NCBI GenBank assembly: GCA_031426555.1
Contig: JANPLN010000018.1
Span: 256-64,255 of the forward strand
Length of the DNA: 64,000 nucleotides
Direction: 5' to 3'
Source: Bdellovibrionales bacterium
Lineage (GTDB): Bacteria > Bdellovibrionota > Bdellovibrionia > Bdellovibrionales > JAGQZY01
Notes under the pieces: generated by a model
Databases searched by the model: none
What the model saw: the letters and a program-made list of their open reading frames with translations, nothing else
Told to the model about the DNA's origin: nothing
Made by a program: the position numbers and the translations under genes
In this document: positions 1 to 9,427 of the stretch, piece by piece
Position numbering within the stretch: the stretch's first letter is position 1
Layout of the letters: every line of letters starts with the position of its first letter

Positions 1-247
1 ATGGTCCTAACACAATTTATTTAGGTTATGGCCCACAATGTGTTACTGCAACTTCTAACGAGGCTGGTACTACATTCCAGTGGTTCATGGTTGGCAATCC
101 TGTAGCAGTTTCAAGTGGTGCTGAATTCTGTCCTACAGCAAGTGGTACATACTATGTAGTAGCCACTAATGGAGCATGCACTGCATCAACCTTAAATACA
201 CCTTCAGTAATTGATGTAATAGACATTCGTTGCGGCAACAATCACGA
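1..247 (+). other. Partial reading frame of an apparently foreign secreted protein (Bacteroidota T9SS-cargo-like), cut off at the parS palindrome
   Basis: Frame open from nt 3: GPNTIYLGYGPQCVTATSNEAGTTFQWF...CPTASGTYYVVATNGAC...VIDIRCGNNHD. Codons mostly end in T/A, unlike neighbouring genes. The family resemblance is from recall, not a search. Confidence 0.5.
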
Positions 248-263
248 TGTTCCACGTGGAACA
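248..263. promoter_or_regulatory. parS centromere-like site (ParB binding)
   Basis: Perfect 16-bp palindrome TGTTCCACGTGGAACA fitting the parS consensus, about 9 kb from oriC and downstream of rsmG. Confidence 0.9.
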
Positions 264-751
264 TGCGTTATTTTTTAATTTATCTTATCTTTTTTGTATC
301 TGCCTGTAATAAAGAGGTCACTCTCTTGCGGCCTAGCTTTGGATCCGATTCAATTCACCAGGATTACAAAAAAAACCTAGCTGAGTTTCAAAAAGAATAC
401 GACGACATCAAAGCGGGCATTCAAACTGCCAAAGATCGCATCAATGATTCTTCTTTTACACCAAAAGTTGCCGAACTTATTAAGAGCGAGATTTTCATAC
501 AGGAAAAATACCTGAGGATCATCGAACAAGAAATTAATTATTTAAAAATCAAGGATAATGAGCGCTCGAAGTATTACGCGGAACGATCCGACACCCTAAC
601 GGCCGCGATCGTGAAAAAAGATTATGAAGACTACCTTGTGAGAGAAAAAGCCAATCCCAAAAAATACATTTGGCGCCTGCGCCCAGGACTTGTGCTACCC
701 GAGGATACAAAGAAAGCCGTCCCAAAGAAAAGCGAACCCGCAAAACATTAG
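263..751 (+). CDS. Hypothetical lipoprotein with coiled-coil region
   Basis: ATG at 263 gives MRYFLIYLIFFVSAC (lipobox-like VSA-C), followed by a helical K/E-rich body. Confidence 0.7.
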   Translation: MRYFLIYLIFFVSACNKEVTLLRPSFGSDSIHQDYKKNLAEFQKEYDDIKAGIQTAKDRINDSSFTPKVAELIKSEIFIQEKYLRIIEQEINYLKIKDNERSKYYAERSDTLTAAIVKKDYEDYLVREKANPKKYIWRLRPGLVLPEDTKKAVPKKSEPAKH

Positions 752-776
752 TTGATGACGTCTGACTACTCAAAAT

Positions 777-792
777 TGTTCCACGTGGAACA
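777..792. promoter_or_regulatory. parS centromere-like site (second copy)
   Basis: Identical palindrome TGTTCCACGTGGAACA, intergenic between the lipoprotein gene and rsmG. Confidence 0.9.
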
Positions 793-818
793 TATTCAGA
801 ACTTATTCATCTGAATAG

Positions 819-1457
819 TCATCGACGAGTGCTTGCAATAATAAATCGATCCACATTTGTCTCTGGAATCGAATATTGGCCAGCAGTCTGAATATCCCAG
901 CTTGAAAACACCTGAGTGGGACAATTCGCGATTTCGGTTGACCAGTTTTCCGATTTAAAGTGATAAAGTACCGCTCCGGCAGAAAATAAAGAATTCATTT
1001 GGATAAGCAAGGAAGAGACGGAGCCCAAGGCTCTGGTTACTCCCTGACTAACCATTTGACTATCCAAATCTGAATAGCTGCGAGGGAACACAGTCACGTT
1101 AGAAAGCTTGAGCTCGGCCGCAACATGTTTCAAAAATTCGACTTTGCGAATATCGCGCTCCACCAGACATAAACCAACATCGCGACGTAAAATCGCCAAC
1201 ACAAGCCCAGGAAACCCGTTGCCGCTACCAAAGTCGTAAACGGTGCCACTAAATTGAGCAAACGAGTTACAAAGCTCTAAACCTTTTACTGAATCAAAAA
1301 AATGCTGCTTTGCGGCTACGGGAAGGGTGCTTTTGGAAACAAGGTTCATCTTGGCATTAAAGTAGATCAATGCTTCGTAGTATTTTTTAAGTTCCGCCAA
1401 GTGTTCTGCGGGAAGAAAATTAAGATACTCGCTTAGTTTATCAATATCAGTTTGCAT
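819..1457 (-). CDS. rsmG: 16S rRNA m7G527 methyltransferase RsmG (GidB)
   Basis: N..MNLVS, HFFDS and SAM motif DFGSGNGFPG; directly downstream of mnmG. Confidence 0.93.
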   Translation of the reverse strand: MQTDIDKLSEYLNFLPAEHLAELKKYYEALIYFNAKMNLVSKSTLPVAAKQHFFDSVKGLELCNSFAQFSGTVYDFGSGNGFPGLVLAILRRDVGLCLVERDIRKVEFLKHVAAELKLSNVTVFPRSYSDLDSQMVSQGVTRALGSVSSLLIQMNSLFSAGAVLYHFKSENWSTEIANCPTQVFSSWDIQTAGQYSIPETNVDRFIIASTRR

Positions 1458-3321
1458 ATCCCGTCCGATGGATTTTTAGATAAATCAAAATCGCTTGAAT
1501 CGCCGAAGGATTAACTCCGCTAATTCTTTGCGCCTGTCCTATGGATAAAGGGCGAATTCGGTGTAATTTTTCCATCTCTTCGCGCGACAGACCTTTGACC
1601 TTCTCGTACTCTAACTCATTAGGAATTTTCATGTTTTCCATCTTCTTGGCAAGTGAAATTAACTCCATTTGCCGAGAAATATAACCTTCGTATTTTATTT
1701 CCACTTCGACGGCCTCGGAGATGACTTCACTCTCAGGGTTTGCCAACCCCGACTTAACAAGCATTTCGAAATCCATTTCTACTCGCCGCAAAAGCTCCGC
1801 CAAGCTGACTTGTTTTAAAAGCAACGGGGTTTCCATTTGTTTCAACATATTCTGTGTTTTTTCAGTGGGACTGATTTTTGTTTCGCGCAATTTTTTGTCG
1901 AGAGTCCGTCGTCGCCCTATTATATCCATCAGTTTTTTTGCGTAATCTGCTTCTAGCAGATTATTTTTTAACGAAATGTCTAAGAGTCTTTCAACCGTAT
2001 TATCTTCTCGAAGGTGAAGGCGATGTTCCGCCCGAGAGGTAAACATGCGATAGGGTTCACGGGTTCCTTTGGTCACAAGATCATCGATGAGAACGCCAAT
2101 ATAAGCTTCGTCTCTTCCCAAAATCAGCGGTCCCTTATCCATCACATTGTGGGCGGCATTAATTCCCGCCATCAAACCTTGCCCAGCGGCTTCTTCGTAG
2201 CCGCTGGTTCCGTTAATTTGTCCCGCCAAATAAAGATTTTGAATATTTCTCGTCTCAAGGGTGGGCCAAATTTGGGTGGGCTCCACACAATCATATTCGA
2301 CGGCGTAGCCTGGCTTAATTAATTTTACGTTTTCCAGCCCTGGAATCGTTCGCAAAAACTCGTACTGAACGTCTTCTGGCAAGCTCGTCGAGATACCTTG
2401 TAGATATATAGAATCCGTTGTTAGGCCTTCGGGCTCTAAAAATGTTTGATGATTTGCTTTATCGGCAAAGCGAGTCACTTTGTCTTCAATGCTCGGACAA
2501 TATCGCGGACCCAATCCTTCAATTTGTCCGGTGTACATAGGGGAGCTGTGCAAGTTTTTCCGAATCACATCGTGGGTTTTTTCGTTGGTGTAACTCAGGT
2601 AGCAGGCAATTTGTGGTAAAACCGTTTGCGAAGGACTTGCATAACTAAATGGAAAGAATTTTTCGTCTCCATATTGCGGAGTTGTTTTCGACCAATCGAT
2701 GGAAGATTTTAAAAGTCGCGGCGGGGTGCCCGTCTTAAGCCGAATCACGTGGAAACCGTTTTCTGCCAGCTGATCAGAAATCCCAACAGTGGATTTATCG
2801 CCAACCCGGCCGCCTTCGATTCGTTGATTTCCAATATGCATCACTCCGCGCATAAATGTGCCGGTGGTAATGATGACTGCTTTGGAACGAATCACGGAGC
2901 CATCTTCGAGGACAACCCCAGAACAACGTCCAGCTTTTACAACAAGGGATTTTGCTTCTCCCTCTAACAGTTTAACATTACTGTTTTTTTCAAAAACTAA
3001 ACGCATTTCTTGGCAGTACAAATCTTTATCGCACTGGGCCCGAGAGCCGCGCACGGCGGGGCCTTTTTTCGAATTGAGACGTTTGAACTGGACACAGGTC
3101 TTGTCCGTCACTCGACCCATCATGCCCCCCAGAACATCGATCTCGCGAACGATATTGCCCTTAGCAAGGCCGCCAATGGAGGGATTGCAACTCATGTAGC
3201 CAAAACGATCAAGGCGAGTTGTTAATAACAAAACTTTTTGCTGAAGTCGCGCTGCCGAAAGCGCAGCTTCAATACCCGCATGTCCCGCACCCACAACAAT
3301 GACATCAAACATTTCACCCAT
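1447..3321 (-). CDS. mnmG: tRNA uridine-5-carboxymethylaminomethyl modification enzyme MnmG (GidA)
   Basis: VIVVGAGHAG, MSCNPSIGG, GPRYCPSIEDK, AGQINGTSGYEEAA. Start moved to ATG 3321, just after the mnmE stop. Confidence 0.97.
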   Translation of the reverse strand: MGEMFDVIVVGAGHAGIEAALSAARLQQKVLLLTTRLDRFGYMSCNPSIGGLAKGNIVREIDVLGGMMGRVTDKTCVQFKRLNSKKGPAVRGSRAQCDKDLYCQEMRLVFEKNSNVKLLEGEAKSLVVKAGRCSGVVLEDGSVIRSKAVIITTGTFMRGVMHIGNQRIEGGRVGDKSTVGISDQLAENGFHVIRLKTGTPPRLLKSSIDWSKTTPQYGDEKFFPFSYASPSQTVLPQIACYLSYTNEKTHDVIRKNLHSSPMYTGQIEGLGPRYCPSIEDKVTRFADKANHQTFLEPEGLTTDSIYLQGISTSLPEDVQYEFLRTIPGLENVKLIKPGYAVEYDCVEPTQIWPTLETRNIQNLYLAGQINGTSGYEEAAGQGLMAGINAAHNVMDKGPLILGRDEAYIGVLIDDLVTKGTREPYRMFTSRAEHRLHLREDNTVERLLDISLKNNLLEADYAKKLMDIIGRRRTLDKKLRETKISPTEKTQNMLKQMETPLLLKQVSLAELLRRVEMDFEMLVKSGLANPESEVISEAVEVEIKYEGYISRQMELISLAKKMENMKIPNELEYEKVKGLSREEMEKLHRIRPLSIGQAQRISGVNPSAIQAILIYLKIHRTGYAN

Positions 3322-3322
3322 A

Positions 3323-4762
3323 CTATTTTCCAATACAGAACTGTTTGAAAACCTGATCCAAAACCTGCTCATCAAATTCTTTACCGAGCAGGCTGAAGAT
3401 CTCGCGCAAAGCGGTTTGAATTTCTAAAGCGACCAAATCATAACTTGATGTTTTATTAAGCAAATCCATAGCGTTTTCTAAGCTTATTCTACAGGTATTC
3501 AAGTGAATAAACTGACGATGTTGAGTAATCACAGACTCGTCATGATGAATGTCCACCAAACTGATGCTTTTTATCTTATCTCTAACCACCTGTAATCCAT
3601 AGCCATTCAATGAACTCACCGAATACACTTCGCTGGCACTTTGAGTACTCAGCTGGTTATCTAATTGGCTAACTAAATGGTTTCTCAAAAACCGCCGGGC
3701 TTTCTCAACTAGCTCCTGGTTATCCAGAACCTTATCACTCTTTGTAAGCAAAAAGACGGTTTTTTCGATGTAGGAACTGGCCCCCATTAGCGGAACAAGA
3801 TCCCAGCCCTGGGGGTCTAAACTGTCCAAAAGATAAAAAATCACGTCCGCGTTTTGCAACTTTGCTTGCGTTCGCTTGATGCCCTCAAGCTCGACAATTT
3901 CATTTGTTTCTCGCAAACCCGCAGTATCTACAAGCCGAATGGGCAAACTGAACTCAGTCATCGGAGTTTCTAAAAAATCTCTCGTTGTGCCCGCAACTTC
4001 GGAAACGATGGCTTTTTCATCCCCCAATATTGCATTGTAAAGGCTGGATTTCCCAGAGTTGGGAGCCCCGGCCAAAACAACCTGCAGTCCCTCGCTGAGG
4101 ATGCGACCCTTTTCGTAGCCCAAAACGAGCTCCTCCACCAAAGGAAGAGTTGTGGCTAAAAGCTCTTTCATCTTTTCAAAAGAATAAGGTTCGATGTCCT
4201 CCGTTGAAAAATCGATGGAGGCTTCGAGTTGAGCCAAAACCTGGATCAGCTGAGACTCAATGGTATTCAACTTTTGCGAAACTCGGCCGCTCAATTGTTT
4301 GATGGCCTGGGATCTTGATATATCACTGCGACTCTTGATCAACGAATGAATCGCTTCTGCCTGTACCAAATCAATTTTTCCGTTATAAAAGGCACGAAAC
4401 GAGAATTCGCCGCGTTCGGCGGCCCGGCATCCACTGAGTTGCAAGTCGGAAAGCACGCGGTGGGCACAGCTATGCCCGCCGTGAAGAGAAAGCTCTAATG
4501 TTTCATCTCCGGTGAATGACTTGCCATGAGCAAAATAGGTAACCAGACATTCGTCGATCAACTCTTGAGTACTGTCTTTGAGCGTTTTAAATTTCCCAAA
4601 ATAGGCCCGATGGCTTTCGATCGCCTCGGGCAAAAAAGAACAATGCTTTTTTACGATTTCGAGCGCACGGGGGCCCGAAACTCGGACAACCGAAATTCCT
4701 GAAAGCCCTGGTGCCGTAACTAATGCGCAGATCGTTTCTTCAACTAAATCTACGTAAGCCAT
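3323..4762 (-). CDS. mnmE: tRNA modification GTPase MnmE (TrmE)
   Basis: GAPNSGKSS, GTTRD, DTAG and C-terminal FCIGK. Confidence 0.97.
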   Translation of the reverse strand: MAYVDLVEETICALVTAPGLSGISVVRVSGPRALEIVKKHCSFLPEAIESHRAYFGKFKTLKDSTQELIDECLVTYFAHGKSFTGDETLELSLHGGHSCAHRVLSDLQLSGCRAAERGEFSFRAFYNGKIDLVQAEAIHSLIKSRSDISRSQAIKQLSGRVSQKLNTIESQLIQVLAQLEASIDFSTEDIEPYSFEKMKELLATTLPLVEELVLGYEKGRILSEGLQVVLAGAPNSGKSSLYNAILGDEKAIVSEVAGTTRDFLETPMTEFSLPIRLVDTAGLRETNEIVELEGIKRTQAKLQNADVIFYLLDSLDPQGWDLVPLMGASSYIEKTVFLLTKSDKVLDNQELVEKARRFLRNHLVSQLDNQLSTQSASEVYSVSSLNGYGLQVVRDKIKSISLVDIHHDESVITQHRQFIHLNTCRISLENAMDLLNKTSSYDLVALEIQTALREIFSLLGKEFDEQVLDQVFKQFCIGK

Positions 4763-5289
4763 CAATCTGTTTGCTGTTTTGCAGTGGCTGAGTAAATTTT
4801 TATTTTTTTGTAATGGCCATCACCTATCGACTTGCTGCGAATGCGTTCATCGCGCGCCAAAAACTGATGAACCACACGTCGTTCTTTAGGAGCCAATGCT
4901 TTTACATAGACGGGCTTTCCTTGTGCCAACACCTTTTCTTTGAGTTTATCGATCATGGCTTCGAGGTTTTCGTTTTCTTTAGCACGATAGTCATTGCTAT
5001 CGAACATCACATTTACGATCTGCTCGGAGAATTGGTTTTGCAAAGCGCGCTTCACAAAAAGCTGAAGAGCATCCAAAAGCATTGCATCTTTTTGGATGAG
5101 TAGATCTTCGTCATCGCCATACAAACTCACCTTAAAGGTTTCGTTCTCTTGGCCAGTTACTTCTTCGATATCAAAAGACAGATCAAAACCCGCTTTTTCA
5201 ATCAACCCACCTAGAACTTGCTCGATTAAGTTCTTTGGTCCTTTTGCTTTTTTCTCACCGACTCCGAAAAGTCGTCCTATTAGACTCAT
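4762..5289 (-). CDS. Jag/KhpB-like KH-R3H RNA-binding protein lacking the Jag_N domain
   Basis: R3H motif ERRVVH and KH-like LLI....LLDALQ; canonical position between yidC and mnmE. Confidence 0.85.
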   Translation of the reverse strand: MSLIGRLFGVGEKKAKGPKNLIEQVLGGLIEKAGFDLSFDIEEVTGQENETFKVSLYGDDEDLLIQKDAMLLDALQLFVKRALQNQFSEQIVNVMFDSNDYRAKENENLEAMIDKLKEKVLAQGKPVYVKALAPKERRVVHQFLARDERIRSKSIGDGHYKKIKIYSATAKQQTD

Positions 5290-5300
5290 GTGTCCTCCTG

Positions 5301-6908
5301 TCAGGTTGTTTTTTCCTTCATAAACATAGTCTGTTGAAAAATACTAAATATCGAACCCACAAACATATAGAGTGCGAGTCCGCTTGGCGTCGATAACATA
5401 AATACAGTAAAAAGAAGTGGCATAAACTTCATGATCTTCGCCTGTGCAGGATCCGTCGTAGTCACCGGAGTCATTTGCATCTGGAAGAACATGGCGGCTC
5501 CAGCCAATATCGGAAATACGTAATACGGATCTTTAGAACTTAAATCGTATATCCAAAAATAAAAAGGCTGCATGTAAAGTTCAAAACTGCTGCTCATCAT
5601 ACTAAAAAAAGCGATGAAAATCGGCAGTTGTAACAACGCTGGAATACAACCACTGAGCGGATTGGCCTTTTCTGACTTTAAAAGTAAGAGCGTCTCTTGA
5701 TTCGCTTTTTGCGCATCGTTCTTATATTTCTCTTTAATGGCCTGGAGCTTAGGTTGAATCTTTTGCATCTTCTTCATCGAACGAAAAGAATAAACACCTG
5801 CTGGCAAAATCAGAGTTCGTAAAATGAGGGTGATTAAAATGATCGCCACACCCCAATTGCCAACAAGTTTGTGAATGTAGAGCATCGCAGTATGCATAGG
5901 GCGACCGATAACGCTAAAAATTCCGTAGTCGATCATGTCCACAAGAGTCGGGTCCACGGTATTGAGGAGCTCTTCTTTTTTAGGTCCAAAATAACTGGAA
6001 AACTCAACTTCTAGCGTGTCTGTAGGCTGCGCACTTACGTACTTTAAATTCAAAGTGGCTTCTTTGTTTTTGGCGGTGGTCGTCACTTCGGGCAGAAGAG
6101 TCGAAGTATTCATAAACGCCTGAGCAAAATACTGAGTGTTATACGCCGCCGTTGCCACACTTTGCACTGTGCTACTAAGACCAGCGTCTTCGACAACTTT
6201 TTCACGGTTTATCTTGCCATTGCTAGAAATAAAAAATTCTTGATGATCCGTTGGAGGCAGCAAAAAACTACTCGGGGTCGGTAGGATTTCGTATTTCGAA
6301 AGAGCCTCTACGATAGTGGCTTTTTTTGTCGTGTTTTGTACACTCACTTTAGTGGTAAGTACGTATTTTACTGGGTCAATCTTGTAGACAACGCGAGTGA
6401 CCGATTCAGGACTTTGTTGTCTGCCTTGAATCTCAAATTCATTTATTTTTTCCAGGGTAAAATTTGTTTTGCCGTCGACAAATATTTGCTGCACCGGAAG
6501 CTTGTAAATAATGGCATCACCATTGCGTCGTTTATAAGCGTGCAACTTTAAATTAGAGATCGCCATTCCTTGCTGAGAGACATCGAAATCCATGGTTTCT
6601 GTTTGAATTGGAATTTTTTGCGCTTCCACATTCACAGCATCTTTAATTTCGGCAGTCGCGACAGCCGCTGTAGTCGACTTTTCATTTGTCAGGGTGGTTG
6701 TGGTACCTTGGGTCTCATTTTTCGTGTCAGTCTTCGAGTCGGTCGTCGCATCGACCGTCGCGTCGTCCTTCACGACGGCGTCAGCCGTGTAAGCGTCTGG
6801 ATACTTTTTTTGTATGTACTGTTGCCATCCTAAAAAGATACCGAAGGATAACAGGATCGCTAGTATCGTATTCTTATCAAAAAAATTAGGGGGCTTTTGT
6901 TCTATCAT
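5301..6908 (-). CDS. yidC: Membrane protein insertase YidC
   Basis: YFGPK, NWGVAIILIT, NPLSGCIP, QLPIF, DLSSKDPYY. Confidence 0.96.
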   Translation of the reverse strand: MIEQKPPNFFDKNTILAILLSFGIFLGWQQYIQKKYPDAYTADAVVKDDATVDATTDSKTDTKNETQGTTTTLTNEKSTTAAVATAEIKDAVNVEAQKIPIQTETMDFDVSQQGMAISNLKLHAYKRRNGDAIIYKLPVQQIFVDGKTNFTLEKINEFEIQGRQQSPESVTRVVYKIDPVKYVLTTKVSVQNTTKKATIVEALSKYEILPTPSSFLLPPTDHQEFFISSNGKINREKVVEDAGLSSTVQSVATAAYNTQYFAQAFMNTSTLLPEVTTTAKNKEATLNLKYVSAQPTDTLEVEFSSYFGPKKEELLNTVDPTLVDMIDYGIFSVIGRPMHTAMLYIHKLVGNWGVAIILITLILRTLILPAGVYSFRSMKKMQKIQPKLQAIKEKYKNDAQKANQETLLLLKSEKANPLSGCIPALLQLPIFIAFFSMMSSSFELYMQPFYFWIYDLSSKDPYYVFPILAGAAMFFQMQMTPVTTTDPAQAKIMKFMPLLFTVFMLSTPSGLALYMFVGSIFSIFQQTMFMKEKTT

Positions 6909-6914
6909 TTTATT

Positions 6915-7154
6915 TTAAGGTACCGGGTCGTAGCCTCGGCCTCCAAAAGGGTGACACGATAAAAGGCGCCGTAGAATAAGCTCCGTTGCCTTCATCGAAG
7001 ATTTTTTTTCCAAGGCTTCCAGGGCGTAGTGAGAGCACGTCGGATAATAACGGCATTGAGGGCCCAAAAGGGGCCCAATGCAAAGTTGATAAAATCGAAC
7101 CACAAAACGAAGACACTTATTTGTGAAATGTTTGTCGAATTTTTGTTCCTGCAT
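6915..7154 (-). CDS. yidD: Membrane protein insertion efficiency factor YidD
   Basis: CRYYPTCSHYA...RLLSCHPFGGRGYDPVP. Confidence 0.95.
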   Translation of the reverse strand: MQEQKFDKHFTNKCLRFVVRFYQLCIGPLLGPQCRYYPTCSHYALEALEKKSSMKATELILRRLLSCHPFGGRGYDPVP

Positions 7155-7461
7155 TATCTAGTACCGCATCCAATTCATTGTGCTTCAGCGCTCTGTAAAA
7201 TCTTTGGCCCTTAGCATCTAAAAACAAAAAGTTAATATCCACATGCGGAAAATCTTTTTGCTTTCGGAACCATTCCCGACACCAGCGCTTCAGTTTGTTA
7301 CGCACGACGGCCGGGCCAATTTTTCGTCCTAATGTATATCCAATGCGAACATCATCTAAGTTGTTCTCATTATAGTTAATAAGGAGCCAGGAACTGGGTT
7401 TTAATCGTTTTCCTCGCTCAATCAGATTTTTAAAATCTGTTTTACGAACAAGGCTGCCCAA
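7117..7461 (-). CDS. rnpA: Ribonuclease P protein component
   Basis: RIGYTLGRKIGPAVVRNKLKR (RNR-like motif); lies between rpmH and yidD. Confidence 0.93.
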   Translation of the reverse strand: MGSLVRKTDFKNLIERGKRLKPSSWLLINYNENNLDDVRIGYTLGRKIGPAVVRNKLKRWCREWFRKQKDFPHVDINFLFLDAKGQRFYRALKHNELDAVLDNAGTKIRQTFHK

Positions 7462-7463
7462 AA

Positions 7464-7613
7464 TTACTTGCCGCGTTTTTTAACGGCCAGACGCTTACGT
7501 CCTTTAGCTCTACGGCGCGCTAACACTTTGCGACCATTTTTTGTCGACATTCTTTTGCGGAATCCATGGGTCTTTTTCTTGCGCCGTCTCTTGGGCTGTA
7601 GCGTGCGTTTCAT
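7464..7613 (-). CDS. rpmH: 50S ribosomal protein L34 (absent from the ORF track)
   Basis: Manual translation gives [49 protein letters not shown] (49 aa); divergent from dnaA. Confidence 0.97.
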   Translation of the reverse strand: MKRTLQPKRRRKKKTHGFRKRMSTKNGRKVLARRRAKGRKRLAVKKRGK

Positions 7614-7769
7614 CCTAACCTCTCTCTATTAAACAACATTTTCAAAAAGGACCTTTTTAAACCATAAAGCGTTAAAAAGGTCAAGGTGTTGAACTTTTCA
7701 GCATAGCCTGTTAGATCTTCCCTTTATCGCTTCGGGGGCTGTCCAAATACATAGAAATCTCGTACAAGG

Positions 7770-9206
7770 GTGTTTATGCAACCAGGTTTTGAACCTCTCA
7801 ACAATGAATCTATTTGGTCACAGGTCAAATTCAATTTGATCACTAAGAACTCAGAGAATAAGCCACTGCAAACTTGGTTTAACCCCACTGATTTAATCGG
7901 TATTGAGCAAACGGCCCATGCGAAACGCTTTAAGCTGGGTGTTCCTACGGAGCTGCATAAATATTGGATCTCAGAAAACCTATTTGATCGAATTTGCGCA
8001 GAAATCTCGTCGATTTTTAAGCAACCCTTCGAGGTGGAGTTGGTTGTAACTGGAAAAGTGATCCCGGTTCCTCCCGAAAGCCCGGGCGCTCTCCATCAGG
8101 CGATGACGCAAAAGGAGCCACAAGACTTTCAACAGTCAATGTCGCAGCCCGCGCCTGTGGAAGTTCGACGAAGTGGCGATTTTTTAAATCCTGAATATAC
8201 GTTTTCGTCCTTTGTTGTGGGGCGAAATAACGAATTTGCTCACGCAACGTCTTATCGGATCGCCCAAAGGCCCGGCTCCGAAGGTTACAACCCCCTGTTT
8301 ATTTGCGGTCCTACGGGCATGGGTAAAACCCATTTGCTGCATGCAGTGGGAAACCACATTCGCGAAAGCGCTCCGCAAACTCGAATTATGTATATCTCTG
8401 CGGAGAGATTCCTCAACGAGTGCGTCTCCTGCATTCGCCGTGGCGAAATGGATAAATTCAAACAAAAATACCGTGAAAAGTGCGATCTCCTATTAATGGA
8501 TGATATTCAGGTTTTGGGGCGCGGTGAGGCTGTGCAAGAAGAGTTCTTTCATACCCTCAACGACTTCTTCGAAAAAGGCCGTCAGGTTGTGGTGGCCAGC
8601 GATCGTGTTCCCAAGGATATTAAAGGTTTAGAAGATCGCATTCGCACGCGTCTGGAGTGGGGCTTGATTGCCGATATTCAAATGCCAGACATCGAAACGC
8701 GGATGGCAATTATGCGCTATAAAGCCGAACGCAAAAATATCTTGCTCCCAGACGAAGTGATTTCCTACATCGCAAAGATTTCCAAACGTTCGATTCGCGA
8801 ACTGGAAGGAAACCTCAATAAAGTAAAAATGTTTTCAGAACTTCAGGGGTTGCCGATTAATTTGGAACTCACTAAAAAAGTTCTGGCTGTTCATGATGAC
8901 AGTACAACAATCACTATCGATGAGATCCAACGATTGGCTTCCGAACACTATAAAATTCGCATTCCCGATCTTAAATCCAAAAGTCGTAACAAGCCTATTG
9001 TTACAGCACGGCAAATGGCCATGTATTTGATCAAATTGCATCTTGATAAATCTCTCGTTGATATCGGCCGGGCCTTTGGAAGTAGAGATCACACCACGGT
9101 TTTAAGCTCACTGCGTCGAATCGAGTTTCAACTGAACGAAGATTCCGATTTGAAAAAGGATTTCGATGAGTTACAAAGCCGTATCCACAATATCACAGGG
9201 GTGTGA
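7770..9206 (+). CDS. dnaA: Chromosomal replication initiator DnaA
   Basis: YNPLFICGPTGMGKTHL, LLMDDIQ, QEEFFHT, RDHTTV. Start could be ATG 7776. Confidence 0.98.
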   Translation: MFMQPGFEPLNNESIWSQVKFNLITKNSENKPLQTWFNPTDLIGIEQTAHAKRFKLGVPTELHKYWISENLFDRICAEISSIFKQPFEVELVVTGKVIPVPPESPGALHQAMTQKEPQDFQQSMSQPAPVEVRRSGDFLNPEYTFSSFVVGRNNEFAHATSYRIAQRPGSEGYNPLFICGPTGMGKTHLLHAVGNHIRESAPQTRIMYISAERFLNECVSCIRRGEMDKFKQKYREKCDLLLMDDIQVLGRGEAVQEEFFHTLNDFFEKGRQVVVASDRVPKDIKGLEDRIRTRLEWGLIADIQMPDIETRMAIMRYKAERKNILLPDEVISYIAKISKRSIRELEGNLNKVKMFSELQGLPINLELTKKVLAVHDDSTTITIDEIQRLASEHYKIRIPDLKSKSRNKPIVTARQMAMYLIKLHLDKSLVDIGRAFGSRDHTTVLSSLRRIEFQLNEDSDLKKDFDELQSRIHNITGV

Positions 9207-9402
9207 ATACATGATGTGCATAAACCTGTTGAAAACTCTACCCGGAACTTTGGGGTTTCAGTTACCCACAATTTTGCCGGAGTTCCGGGTGGATGATGAA
9301 ACGAGTCTTCCACAGTCATTTCGTTGGAATTTTAGATACTTAAGTCGAAAAAGTGGTTATCAACGCACCTACAGCTACTACCAATTATTTATATATATAT
9401 AA
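9181..9402. other. Replication origin oriC (dnaA-dnaN intergenic region)
   Basis: DnaA-box-like 9-mers at 9181, 9202, 9215 (TGTGCATAA, perfect TTATNCACA), 9227, 9262, 9306 and 9357. DnaA-trio-like CTA CAG CTA CTA at 9369-9380, AT-only run at 9383-9402. Gene orientation flips near here. Confidence 0.9.
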
Positions 9403-9427
9403 GAGTAATTAAAGAACGGGGATTTCT

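Noticed and set aside
230-262. ORF-track N-terminal extensions (e.g. starts at 230, 3375, 10525, 16550, 33275, 56017, 58847)
   Set aside because: Downstream starts fit RBS or promoter position, signal peptides and family N-termini better.
2741-2756. parS-like CACGTGGAA inside mnmG
   Set aside because: About five mismatches to the 16-bp consensus, and the coding sequence explains it.
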